Below are positions 1 through 8,592 of a DNA stretch of 20,000 nucleotides, piece after piece. This DNA is from an uncultured virus (IMG/VR IMGVR_UViG_3300012347_000031). Lineage: Duplodnaviria > Heunggongvirae > Uroviricota > Caudoviricetes. The number at the start of each line of letters is the position of its first letter. The first letter of the stretch is position 1. The stretch is from the IMG/VR virus record IMGVR_UViG_3300012347_000031; one strand, written 5' to 3'. The notes under the pieces were generated by a model. It made no database searches and was not told the DNA's origin. It saw nothing but the letters and a program-made list of their open reading frames with translations. A program made the position numbers and the translations under genes.

Positions 1-178
1 GGATTAGGTCGTTCTCGTTTTTAACAACTGTGTCGAGGTCGACAACAAGACCATAATACCCACCAGCATTTACGCCAGTGTTAATTATGGTCGAGCCGTC
101 AGCCGCACTTGGTGGCACAACGGACACCAAGTTCGGTTCATCTTTTTTACGCTTGATTTCAAAGCCAAAAAGCTGCAT
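1..178 (-). CDS. gp20: Portal vertex protein (T4 gp20-like), N-terminal fragment running off the window edge
   Basis: Not in the ORF track. Manual translation from the ATG at 178 gives MQLFGFEIKRKKDEPNLVSVVPPSAADGSTIINTGVNAGGYYGLVVDLDTVVKNENDLI, which resembles the 'LFGF.I...S.VPP..DG...GGYYG...NE.DLI' start of T4-like portals. An AAGGA SD lies upstream, and the gene follows gp19 as in T4. Confidence 0.9.
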   Translation of the reverse strand, partial: MQLFGFEIKRKKDEPNLVSVVPPSAADGSTIINTGVNAGGYYGLVVDLDTVVKNENDLI

Positions 179-202
179 TATATAATCCTTCTAAAATCCA
201 GA

Positions 203-790
203 TTAAACTGGGAAAGTACCAATTGGAGTATTGATACCAACGTTAACACCGAAGCCAGCAGCAGCGCCAGTCTCAGAAGTGAAGAAGTTGTAGACGAATT
301 CAACGTCGAACTGTTCAATTGCGTTTTGTTGTTCGTAGTCAAGTGTGATTGCACCGATGTTAGTCGGGAATGCGTCAGTAAACTTATATGATTTAATTGT
401 AGCACCGTTACGGTCAAGCTGGTGAACAGACAAGTCAACTTGATAGTCAGTAGGGTTAGTACGACCAAGAGTTGTGTTGTATTGTTGGATACCAGATTGC
501 CATTGTTCTAGAGCGTTACGAATGTTGAAAGTCGTATCGTTATAGATTGAAACAGTCCATGGTTGGAATGAACGCTCACCAGCAAAGTTAACAGGGCGAC
601 CACGGTAAGGGATTGAAATAGTTTCAATTGTGGAAGCAGGTAGAGACGCAGCACGGCACAAGAACTGTGCACGTTGACCAGCGATAACACCAAGTGTAAC
701 GAATGATGGGAATGTCATCTCAACACGGAATTGGTTAGGGCGTGAACCGCCACCAATCATCTGTGCTTTGAAGTCAGCAATATTTGCCAT
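203..790 (-). CDS. gp19: Tail tube protein (T4 gp19-like)
   Basis: Motifs GG.RPNQF.V, FLCRAASLP, YRGRPVNFAGERSF.PW.V..YND..F.IR.ALE.W, QLDRNG, FPTNIG.I.LDY and IEQF.VEF. AAGGAG SD upstream. Lies between sheath and portal. Confidence 0.96.
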   Translation of the reverse strand: MANIADFKAQMIGGGSRPNQFRVEMTFPSFVTLGVIAGQRAQFLCRAASLPASTIETISIPYRGRPVNFAGERSFQPWTVSIYNDTTFNIRNALEQWQSGIQQYNTTLGRTNPTDYQVDLSVHQLDRNGATIKSYKFTDAFPTNIGAITLDYEQQNAIEQFDVEFVYNFFTSETGAAAGFGVNVGINTPIGTFPV

Positions 791-813
791 TTAATTCTCC
801 TTGTTCTTATCTT

Positions 814-821
814 TATTTATT
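814..821 (-). promoter_or_regulatory. Putative T4-type late promoter (AATAAATA) upstream of gp19
   Basis: The minus strand reads AATAAATA, a 7/8 match to the T4 gp55 consensus TATAAATA, about 24 nt upstream of the gp19 ATG. The same octamer recurs at 8213 and 16132. Confidence 0.7.
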
Positions 822-831
822 CGTTGTAGAT

Positions 832-851
832 GGGGAGGTTTTCACCTCCCC
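832..851. terminator. GC-rich hairpin just after the gp18 stop (terminator or mRNA-stability element)
   Basis: Perfect 8-bp stem. The minus strand reads GGGGAGGT-GAAA-ACCTCCCC (GNRA loop). There is no U-tract on the coding strand; a short T-run (TTTCTATT) follows only on the plus strand. Confidence 0.55.
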
Positions 852-857
852 TTTCTA

Positions 858-3338
858 TTAGGCGCCAACTTCAGAGAAGTTGATACCAGAACGAGTCGCA
901 ACGAAGTTCAAAGTGATGTAGTTGATAGAACGAGTTGGCTTGACGAAGATGTCAGCAATAAATTCGTTACGATCGATAACTTCACCAGTGTTGTTAGACT
1001 CATCACACTTGATCAAGAACTCAGTAACACCACGGCGACCTTGTACGTCACGTAGGAATGGTTCAACTAGGTTCTTGAACTGCGCACGAGTGAAGCTGTC
1101 GTTGAATTCGAACAACTGATACTTCGCAGCAGTAGCGATAGATTTTTCTAGAACGATGAACAAACGACGAACGTTGATACGGTCAAACGCAGATGGCTTG
1201 CTCAACAATGTCTTGTCACCGAACAGAACAGTACCTTGACCTGGGAATGTAACAACTGGGTTGATAGCATTCTTGTACAAGTTGTCACGGTTAGTTTGGT
1301 TTGGATTGCAAGACAAACGAACAACAGACTTAACTTGACCACGGTTCATACCACCTGGACTCCACCATGGATCGTTAGTGTAGTCAGTACGAGCGCATAG
1401 ACCAGCGATGTCGCCGTTCAATGGAACCCAACGATACACGTCATTGTAACGATCGTATTGGTACTTGAAGCCAGAGTCAAGAACAGCGTAAGAAGAACTT
1501 GGTAGTTCGTTACGGTAAGCAACTAGCTTTGTAACAGCAGTAGAGTCGTCGCCGATGATAACTTCACCAGTGTCAACGTCTTCTGGAGAGATGAATACGA
1601 TACAGTCCTTACGGAATTCTGCAATGTTTTCGATCAAGTGTTGAGCAACAACAGAGTTTGCTTTACCAGCCATGATCAAGTTAACATCATACAGAGTTGT
1701 GTTAGAGAACAAGTCGTATGCAGCAATACGGTTAGCGTCTGTAGATTCAGACTCGTCAACACCACCAGCTAGTGATTGTGTCAAAGGAGCAGACATAGAC
1801 ATGAATGTCTTACCAGCCATTGCTTGACCCCAGTTAGTTGACAACAACGGTACACCGTTTTCATCAACTTCGCGATCCAACATGTCTGTGTGATCCATCC
1901 ACCATACATACTCAGAACGAGAGTTAATCACGTCTTTGTAGTAGTTGTTTGTACCATCTTGTTTCTTAGCATCAGATGCCTTAGAAGCGAATGCGTATTT
2001 TTCTAGGATGTAATCCTTTTGACCAGAGATCAAACCATCTTCGTCAACAACGATGATGTGTAGTTCGTCATTAGAACCACCAACGCGATCAGCTTGATCA
2101 GAAGTTCCAGGTGCTGCGTCGAATTCATTCTTGTATGTCCAAGCATCGAATGTATCAGCATCAGCCATAGAAACTTTTAGAGTGTTACCTAGACGACCTG
2201 GATATTTTGCAGCCCACTCACCATAGATACCACCACCGTTCAAGAACTGTGCAGAGTAGTATTGAGAGTTGTAGATTGCAACACCAGTAGTTGTAACTTC
2301 AACAGTTGCGCTTGCAGTGTTTCCAGATGGAGGTGCAGCGATAACAATAGTTGGAGCAACGGACAAACCGCTACCAACTGTGCAACCTTGAGAAGTGAAG
2401 TCTAGACCAGTGATAGTAGAAGCACCAACAGTAACAGAACCAACAACAGCTGGGACTTGGGCAGAGCCAGTCAATGTTACAGTAGGAGTCTTCTTGTAGC
2501 CAGAACCTTGGTTAACTGGAACAACAGAAACGATGCTAGATGTACCGATGGCAGCACCGAAAGATGCACCAGAACCAGTAGTATCAGTAACGTTTACAGT
2601 TGGAGAAGAAGTATAGCCAGAACCAGCGCTGTCGATAACAACAGAAGTGATAACGCCACCTTGAACAACTGCGTGAGCAGTAGCACCAGTACCACCACCA
2701 CCAACGATTTGGATAGATGGAGATGTGTATGCAGAGCCACCAGATGAAACAGTAATACCTGTTAGTGGAGCGCCAGAAAGGATAGCTTGAGCAGTCGCGC
2801 CAGTACCAGTATCGCCAGCAGCTGGAGTAATAACTACAGTTGGAGCGTTAGAGTAACCAGAACCTGCATCAGAAACAGTGTAACCAGTAATACCGCCACC
2901 AGAAAGGATAGCCTTAGCAACTGGCATAACACCACCTTCTTCCAACTCGCCATAAGCGATGTCGAAAGTTACAGCAGGAGGAGCGATGATAGAGTTGTAA
3001 CCAGAACCAACGTTTGTCATAACGACAGACGATGGGTTAATAGAACCAGTTGGAGTACCAACAGCGTTCTTCATTGAAGCAGTCTTTTCGCGAACGAGCA
3101 GAATGTTGTTAGAGTAAGATAGGAAGTTGGCAGCTGTATAGAAAGATTCAAAGTTGTTGTTTTGCGGATAGCCAAAACGACGCACCAACTCATCTTCAGA
3201 CGAAATAGTGATTGGTTCTTCTACTGGACCCCATTCAAACATACCAGCAAACGCACCTACAGAAGTAGCAACGGCTGGAATGATAGAGGTAAAGTCTTTT
3301 TCTACGACTGCAACGCCTGGAGATAATTGAAACGGCAT
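858..3338 (-). CDS. gp18: Contractile tail sheath protein (T4 gp18-like) with a large internal repeat insertion
   Basis: N-terminus SPGV.V.EKD.T...GAFAG.FEWGP, FG.P...F.AANFL.Y. C-terminus YQYDRYND.YRWVPLNGDIAGLCARTD, PWWSPGG.NRG, INPVVTFPGQG.VLFGDKT, AFDRINVRRLF, FEFND.FTR, KPTRSINYI.LNFVA. AAGGAG SD. Confidence 0.97.
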   Translation of the reverse strand: MPFQLSPGVAVVEKDFTSIIPAVATSVGAFAGMFEWGPVEEPITISSEDELVRRFGYPQNNNFESFYTAANFLSYSNNILLVREKTASMKNAVGTPTGSINPSSVVMTNVGSGYNSIIAPPAVTFDIAYGELEEGGVMPVAKAILSGGGITGYTVSDAGSGYSNAPTVVITPAAGDTGTGATAQAILSGAPLTGITVSSGGSAYTSPSIQIVGGGGTGATAHAVVQGGVITSVVIDSAGSGYTSSPTVNVTDTTGSGASFGAAIGTSSIVSVVPVNQGSGYKKTPTVTLTGSAQVPAVVGSVTVGASTITGLDFTSQGCTVGSGLSVAPTIVIAAPPSGNTASATVEVTTTGVAIYNSQYYSAQFLNGGGIYGEWAAKYPGRLGNTLKVSMADADTFDAWTYKNEFDAAPGTSDQADRVGGSNDELHIIVVDEDGLISGQKDYILEKYAFASKASDAKKQDGTNNYYKDVINSRSEYVWWMDHTDMLDREVDENGVPLLSTNWGQAMAGKTFMSMSAPLTQSLAGGVDESESTDANRIAAYDLFSNTTLYDVNLIMAGKANSVVAQHLIENIAEFRKDCIVFISPEDVDTGEVIIGDDSTAVTKLVAYRNELPSSSYAVLDSGFKYQYDRYNDVYRWVPLNGDIAGLCARTDYTNDPWWSPGGMNRGQVKSVVRLSCNPNQTNRDNLYKNAINPVVTFPGQGTVLFGDKTLLSKPSAFDRINVRRLFIVLEKSIATAAKYQLFEFNDSFTRAQFKNLVEPFLRDVQGRRGVTEFLIKCDESNNTGEVIDRNEFIADIFVKPTRSINYITLNFVATRSGINFSEVGA

Positions 3339-3392
3339 TGTTGTTCTCCTTGTTAATAAGTTTACTTTTAGACAAATTTCATGTCTACATTT

Positions 3393-3400
3393 TATTTAGC
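3393..3400 (-). promoter_or_regulatory. Putative late promoter (GCTAAATA) upstream of gp18
   Basis: TAAATA core in the gp17-gp18 intergenic region. A small inverted repeat TAGACA...TGTCTA lies at 3369-3387. Confidence 0.5.
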
Positions 3401-3414
3401 TTTTGCAGGTTTTC

Positions 3415-4992
3415 TCAAAAGTCCAGAGGATCAGCTTCTGGACCTCCATCGTCGTAGAAACCGAATGGCGTTAGTTCTTCTTCAATCGCCTTAATTTGCT
3501 TCTTATACATTAGTTCACGCAAGTTAATGTTATTTAGTTCTTTGAAGTAAGAGTTAGTTGTGAGCCAACCGAACAAAACCAAAGGCATAACCAAGTCATC
3601 GTGATAGCCTTCATCGGCTTCGTAAGATCCTTTTTTCTCGATAAAGGTCGAGATCTCGGAGATCGTATCAGCGTCATTGACAATCAGTTTGTTTTCTTCA
3701 ACGAGTGCCTTAAAGTTATGACACCCAATTCGCTTAATCTTCTTGTCAGTGTTGACCCCCAGTTGGGTCTTGCCGCCACCGAAACCACCAGAGACTGTCT
3801 GTCCTAGTGTATGGCGAGTTACGAATAGAAGGTTTTCATATTCTAATTCTTGATACAAGATATGAGCCACCTGTTCAGAGACGTTAATCTCTAGGAGAAC
3901 GAAGGCTTCGTTGTATTCTTTACCGATTTTGTAGATAACGTTCGGGTAAAGTAGAGGGCTTATTTCATTGTTTCTATACTTAGCCACGATACGATACGGC
4001 ACTTCAGTGATGTCGATCATCTGGAATGCCGAGTAGTCTCCACCAACACCCTTTGCAATGTCAGCAACCATACAGTAAGTGTGTCCAGCTTGTGGGCGAA
4101 CGTAAACGTCCAGACCTTCTTTCTGGTAAAGGATATCGTCAACTGACATCTTAGCGATAACATCTGAGTTGATCAGCGTTAAGCTAGAACCCAAGAAGTT
4201 ACATAGAACCTCTTGGTTGTATTTGAGTTCACCCAACATGGCTTTCTGTTCGAGAGCCCATGCTTCATCACGACCTGGAATTTCCCAGTATGGAATGAAT
4301 AGTGGAACGAATCCGTTGCGACCCTTCTCAGCATCAGTCCAAAACTTCCAGAAGTGGTTATAGCCAAGTGGAGTTGAAGACAGCAGAATCTTAGTGGTCT
4401 GACCAGCTGAAATAGTAGGGTAAACAGATGTAAAGAATTCCTCAGCAACGTTGTTTGGAATAATCGCAGCTTCGTCAACGTACAACATGTTAACAGACTT
4501 ACCACGAATACCAGACTTACCAGTCGCGGCAGTGAATACCTTTGAACCGTTTTCTAGTTCGATGTCACCCTTGTTCCAAGTAGTAACACCTTGTTGCATC
4601 CACTTAGGTAGAGACTCATACATCGTTTGGTAACGATCCAAAACTTCACGCGCAGCAGACGCTTTGTTCGCTAAGATAGCGACTTGTTTGTTAGCTTGGA
4701 ATAGGGTGTACCAGAGAATGTACGCTGCAGAAGAAGTCGTCTTACCTTGCTGACGACCTTCCATAAGAATAACACGACGGTTATTGTGGATGATGTTAAT
4801 CTTGTTACGTTGACAGTCGTATAACTTGAACAGCTTCAAACCGAAGTCAAGGGTAACGATATAACAGTAGTTCTCGATGAAGTAAATCGGATCCTGAGAA
4901 CACTTGATGTACTCTTGAATATTGTCAGGGGTAAACTCAACAGAAACGCCAGCTGCTTTTAAGTTGGCGTTCGAATTATAAATTTCAGCCAT
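3415..4992 (-). CDS. gp17: Terminase large subunit (T4 gp17-like)
   Basis: EYIKC..DP.YF..NY, Walker A GRQQGKTT, ILANK...AREVL, Walker B MLYVDEAA, coupling motif SSTP.G.NHF, nuclease motifs DIAKGVGGDYSAF and HDDLVM.LVLF.WL. Confidence 0.97.
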   Translation of the reverse strand: MAEIYNSNANLKAAGVSVEFTPDNIQEYIKCSQDPIYFIENYCYIVTLDFGLKLFKLYDCQRNKINIIHNNRRVILMEGRQQGKTTSSAAYILWYTLFQANKQVAILANKASAAREVLDRYQTMYESLPKWMQQGVTTWNKGDIELENGSKVFTAATGKSGIRGKSVNMLYVDEAAIIPNNVAEEFFTSVYPTISAGQTTKILLSSTPLGYNHFWKFWTDAEKGRNGFVPLFIPYWEIPGRDEAWALEQKAMLGELKYNQEVLCNFLGSSLTLINSDVIAKMSVDDILYQKEGLDVYVRPQAGHTYCMVADIAKGVGGDYSAFQMIDITEVPYRIVAKYRNNEISPLLYPNVIYKIGKEYNEAFVLLEINVSEQVAHILYQELEYENLLFVTRHTLGQTVSGGFGGGKTQLGVNTDKKIKRIGCHNFKALVEENKLIVNDADTISEISTFIEKKGSYEADEGYHDDLVMPLVLFGWLTTNSYFKELNNINLRELMYKKQIKAIEEELTPFGFYDDGGPEADPLDF

Positions 4993-4993
4993 G

Positions 4994-5740
4994 TTATAGA
5001 TCGTCTATCCAAGACTCCGTAATATTACCAGTGGCAGGATCGCCAGTCGCAGTGTATGTAGCTGCAGGTGAACTGAAGTCTTTGTTCGTTGACATATTGA
5101 CTCCAGCGATATTTGTAATAACGTTTTGTGTGGTAACTGGACCAAACAAGTTAACCTTCATCTGAAAGTTGATAGTGTGCATAACGAATCTACGAGTTTG
5201 AAAGTCGCCGTCATATTCGTCAGATACAATAACAGAGTTGAGAACAACAGGCACGTCCATCTTGATGTTCATGTCATCGATGGCGTTAATTGTCAGTGTG
5301 TATTCTGGAGTGAAGTATGGAAGGATTTGTTCCATAACTTGAAGAGCGTCTTCTTGTGTCTTAGTGATAATGTACAAAGACAAGTCGATGTTGTATGGCA
5401 CAGGTGTGCGGATATAGTCAGCAGTATCCTCGCCCTTACCACATTTGATTTGTTGCATGCGGTTAACCTTACGAACCGAATCGTAAGTGTACGCAATAAT
5501 TTCAAATGACATTCTTGGTAGAGATGTCAGTGTGTGGTTCTCCAATGTAGGGTCTTGGTCGATACGAACCAACCACTTCTCTTTTGGAGCATATGCAAGA
5601 GGGACGCGAAGACGCTGAACTGTGTTACCGTTAACAGAGTCCCCTTGTTTTCTATCGATGTAGATATCGCTGAATAGGCTACCGAATGCTACGATAGCCT
5701 TTCTAATGACACCATGGTAATATACGTTACCGTCTAGCAT
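4994..5740 (-). CDS. gp15: Tail sheath stabiliser / tail terminator (T4 gp15-like)
   Basis: YYH..IRK.IVAFGSLF.DI, VPLAYAPKEKWL.R, LPRMSFEI, PVPYNI, DALQ..EQILPYF.P, DVPVVL and YDGDF..RR motifs. Confidence 0.95.
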   Translation of the reverse strand: MLDGNVYYHGVIRKAIVAFGSLFSDIYIDRKQGDSVNGNTVQRLRVPLAYAPKEKWLVRIDQDPTLENHTLTSLPRMSFEIIAYTYDSVRKVNRMQQIKCGKGEDTADYIRTPVPYNIDLSLYIITKTQEDALQVMEQILPYFTPEYTLTINAIDDMNIKMDVPVVLNSVIVSDEYDGDFQTRRFVMHTINFQMKVNLFGPVTTQNVITNIAGVNMSTNKDFSSPAATYTATGDPATGNITESWIDDL

Positions 5741-5748
5741 TATTATCC

Positions 5749-6480
5749 TTAATCAAACCAGTTGTGTGGTAAGTTCCAGTGACCGTCAGTGAATATTAGA
5801 GTTAGAACTGCAGAGCTGCCACCAGCTGGGTTCTGGAATGGTAGCCACCATGTTACATCAGTACCTTCATTAATCACACCATTGCCGTTAGACCATCTTG
5901 CGTGATCGAAAGCCATAGTTGTGAATTGATTATTCATTTCGCCACCAGTTGCAGGGACGATATACATAATCTGCCCCTCTGTGCCATCGGCTAAAGTATA
6001 TTGACTGCCGCCACCGCTTGTCACAGGAGTGAGTTTATTGATTGTTTTGGTTAAATCCAATGCTGGTGTAACAGCAGCTTGAACTGCATCAACTTGGAAA
6101 TACATATCGTCAACACCGTTAGTGCCACCGAAAGCTGATCCTAAGACTGGACCAAACGTTTCGCCAACATAGTGACCAGTGCCACCATCATTAATAGTAA
6201 CAGTGGCAACTCCGTTAGTGACGGCTACTGCAAAATTGATACCGTTCGCGAACACGCCAGTGCCATTGGTCCAATTGGTATTAGGACTATTTGTTACTGA
6301 TACTGCAGTTGCAGAGCCATCGCTATTTACAGCAGTCTTTGTTATGGTAGTAGGAGCATTACCACCACTTTGTGCATATAACTCATCAAAGTTTTCGTTG
6401 ATCTTTTCAAACGCTGTGCGTAGTGGATCACCAGACTTGTTGTCTGCCATTGTACCAAGGTTGACTGTTTGCTTAGCCAT
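5749..6480 (-). CDS. Putative virion fibre/appendage protein with a T4 gp9/gp10-type N-terminal trimerisation motif
   Basis: The N-terminus MAKQTVNLGTMADNKSGDPLRTAFEKINENFDELY matches the 'KQ.IN.G...D..GD.LR....KIN.NF.ELY' start of T4 gp9/gp10-family proteins. The rest is Gly/Thr/Asn-rich and probably beta-structured. It is coupled to gp14 by a TAATG overlap at 6480. Confidence 0.7.
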   Translation of the reverse strand: MAKQTVNLGTMADNKSGDPLRTAFEKINENFDELYAQSGGNAPTTITKTAVNSDGSATAVSVTNSPNTNWTNGTGVFANGINFAVAVTNGVATVTINDGGTGHYVGETFGPVLGSAFGGTNGVDDMYFQVDAVQAAVTPALDLTKTINKLTPVTSGGGSQYTLADGTEGQIMYIVPATGGEMNNQFTTMAFDHARWSNGNGVINEGTDVTWWLPFQNPAGGSSAVLTLIFTDGHWNLPHNWFD

Positions 6481-7226
6481 TATAGTGTCCTGTCGGTTTT
6501 AATTGTTGTTTGGTCAGCAGTTAATGTAGAAGTGTCAGATCTTCTAGAGTAGTTCGGTATGGAGTTTCCAACAACAGGTTCGCCGAATGGATTGTTCTCG
6601 TTGAACAGAATGTCAACTGCTTGCTCTTTGAACTTAATGTTATCACCATAACTGTCGACATCATCAACCTCTGGGTTGATAGTGACATCCAGAGATTTAA
6701 GATTTTCAAACACATCAATTTCTGGGATTCCAGTATCAATCTTCTCAGAAGCATACTGGAACAATTCAACTTGTAGTTTGTAAACGTACAACTTACCTAG
6801 TTGATAGAATGGTTCTTGGTGTTGCACGAACTTAACTTCGAACAAACCTTTTGTGAGTGGGTAGTAAATCAAGTCGCCTTCGCATGGGCGAGTTGGAATG
6901 ATTGTAGTACCATGGGATCCGATTAGTTGTTGCCAACGCTTACGAGAAACAGTCAATGTGGCAGACTGCTCCATCATCAAACCGAACTTCTGAATCATCG
7001 CACCTTGACCAGCAAAGCTGTCGATGTTATCGAAGTACATTTCGATAGGATAAGAGTGTTGGAATTTGGACAGTCGGTCTTCGCCGAAGATATCATCTCG
7101 GGAGACCAATGTTCTTGGGATGTACATCACATCCTTACCATACATCTTTAGAGATTCAATGATAAGGTCTTCGACGATGTTTTGTTCGCCAGCTGTACCC
7201 TGTGTGAAGTATGGGTTAGTTGCCAT
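6480..7226 (-). CDS. gp14: Neck / head completion protein (T4 gp14-like)
   Basis: NPYF...EQ..VEDLIIESLK.YG.DV.YIPR, IFGED..SKF, IEMY, G.GA.I.KFG, RP.EGDLIY.PL...LFEVKFV.H..PFYQLGK, ELFQY, and a C-terminal F.E.NPFGE. Confidence 0.95.
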   Translation of the reverse strand: MATNPYFTQGTAGEQNIVEDLIIESLKMYGKDVMYIPRTLVSRDDIFGEDRLSKFQHSYPIEMYFDNIDSFAGQGAMIQKFGLMMEQSATLTVSRKRWQQLIGSHGTTIIPTRPCEGDLIYYPLTKGLFEVKFVQHQEPFYQLGKLYVYKLQVELFQYASEKIDTGIPEIDVFENLKSLDVTINPEVDDVDSYGDNIKFKEQAVDILFNENNPFGEPVVGNSIPNYSRRSDTSTLTADQTTIKTDRTL

Positions 7227-7227
7227 A

Positions 7228-8190
7228 TTACCCCAAGAAGAAGTCTAGTGGTGCAGATTTGTTTTGTAGTTCGTCTTCTAGGTCTTTGATTTCAGCAGTA
7301 GCTTCATCATACAACTTATCACCATCAAGTGTTACACCACCTGGAAGTTGGATGCCAGAGAACTTCTTAATGTTAACTGCCCATTGACGCTTGAACAGAG
7401 CAGTGACATAGTGCTTCAACCATGGTTCATTCCAAACCTTAGTGAACTGTACTGGGTCTAGTGCGCGATATCCTTGTACCAAAATGTGGTCGCCGATAAC
7501 AACGTCAGTCTGCCAGTTGATGTCAAGGTACAATCTGTTTTGTAAACGATTGAATCTGAATAGAGTGTGACCATTCAACTCCAAGTCCAGCAACGCCAAG
7601 TGGCTCATAACTGTCTTGTAGTAAACGATAGATGTAGATGTTAGATCATACAAGTCGTTTAGACGCAATTGGTATTGCAAGTCGAAGATGTTCTTAGAAG
7701 ATGATGCCTGTCCGTGAGTCTTAATGGCAGTTACACCATAGACCCAGTCTGGTACAGTTAGGTATTTGTTATCGTACTCACCCAACACAACAGGGTTTAC
7801 TGTTGTTAGGTTTGCTGTGTGTCCAGCAGTGCCAACGATAAGTTCGTCAGCAACGAATGTTCCAACTACGTTCTTAACCAGAAGAGTTGTACCTGAAGAG
7901 TTGCGAGTTGTTTCAGCGCAAACTTGAGCACGAGCGCCAGAGACAGCACCAACTACAATCTCGTTGATGGAGAATGTATCCGCTACAGAAGTGGTTAGGT
8001 TCAATACTGAAGCGCTAATCTTAGCCTTCATGTACATTAGCTCTGCACCTTCGTAGTGATACAGACGCCAGTATTCCAGTGCTTCGTCCAGACGATCTTC
8101 TAGTTGAGTATCGTCCACGTTAATCTCGAGCACAGGCGCACCTAACGCTCTTAGCGCATATTGTTTTAATTGTTCTCTTGATGCGACCAT
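7228..8190 (-). CDS. gp13: Neck protein (T4 gp13-like)
   Basis: SR..LK.Y.LR.LGAPVLEINVD..Q..DR.DEAL, FD.QYQLRLND.YDL, FNR..NRLYLDI.W, WN..WLK.Y.TAL.KRQW..N..KF.G.QLPGGVTLDG. Confidence 0.95.
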   Translation of the reverse strand: MVASREQLKQYALRALGAPVLEINVDDTQLEDRLDEALEYWRLYHYEGAELMYMKAKISASVLNLTTSVADTFSINEIVVGAVSGARAQVCAETTRNSSGTTLLVKNVVGTFVADELIVGTAGHTANLTTVNPVVLGEYDNKYLTVPDWVYGVTAIKTHGQASSSKNIFDLQYQLRLNDLYDLTSTSIVYYKTVMSHLALLDLELNGHTLFRFNRLQNRLYLDINWQTDVVIGDHILVQGYRALDPVQFTKVWNEPWLKHYVTALFKRQWAVNIKKFSGIQLPGGVTLDGDKLYDEATAEIKDLEDELQNKSAPLDFFLG

Positions 8191-8212
8191 GTTATTCTCT
8201 TAGTTATTGTAT

Positions 8213-8220
8213 TATTTATT
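8213..8220 (-). promoter_or_regulatory. Putative T4-type late promoter (AATAAATA) upstream of gp13
   Basis: AATAAATA on the minus strand about 23 nt upstream of the gp13 ATG, in an AT-rich intergenic gap. Confidence 0.7.
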
Positions 8221-8228
8221 ACAAAGAG

Positions 8229-8582
8229 TTATTGTGCTGGTTTTGGATACTTGTCTTTGATCGCTTGAATCTGAGATTTCCACTCATCAACCCCACCGTG
8301 GAAAATCATGTCTAGTTGGTCAACTAGAGAAGGATACTCGCTGGCGCGTTGATAGATGTAAGCTGCATCGGCATGCGCTTTCTGAACAACTGGAATCTCA
8401 GCTGAAACTTCTGCCCATGTTGGTTGTGTACCAGAACTGAACACCACGCTTGAATCATACTCAGACTCAGTTGTTGGCACAGTGTAACCGATAGTGTAGT
8501 AAGACCAAGAATCGCCGTCAGCAGCCTTAGCCTGTAGAGATTGAAGTACGTCAATTAGCTCTAGTGTTTTCTGTTCAATCAT
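8229..8582 (-). CDS. Small fibre-associated protein (chaperone/cap-like); fourth gene of module 3
   Basis: C-terminus Y.YQR..EYPSL.DQLD......W...I.AIKDKYPKP is shared with the 10357 and 12430 proteins. GAGG SD. Confidence 0.7.
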   Translation of the reverse strand: MIEQKTLELIDVLQSLQAKAADGDSWSYYTIGYTVPTTESEYDSSVVFSSGTQPTWAEVSAEIPVVQKAHADAAYIYQRASEYPSLVDQLDMIFHGGVDEWKSQIQAIKDKYPKPAQ

Positions 8583-8592
8583 AATTTCCTCG

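Noticed and set aside
3415..4992. Intron, intein or homing endonuclease in the terminase
   Set aside because: The ORF is continuous at 525 aa with normally spaced motifs.
5749..6480. The 243-aa ORF as a displaced small terminase gp16
   Set aside because: It is Gly/Thr-rich and beta-type with a gp9/gp10-like start, unlike the helical, charged gp16.
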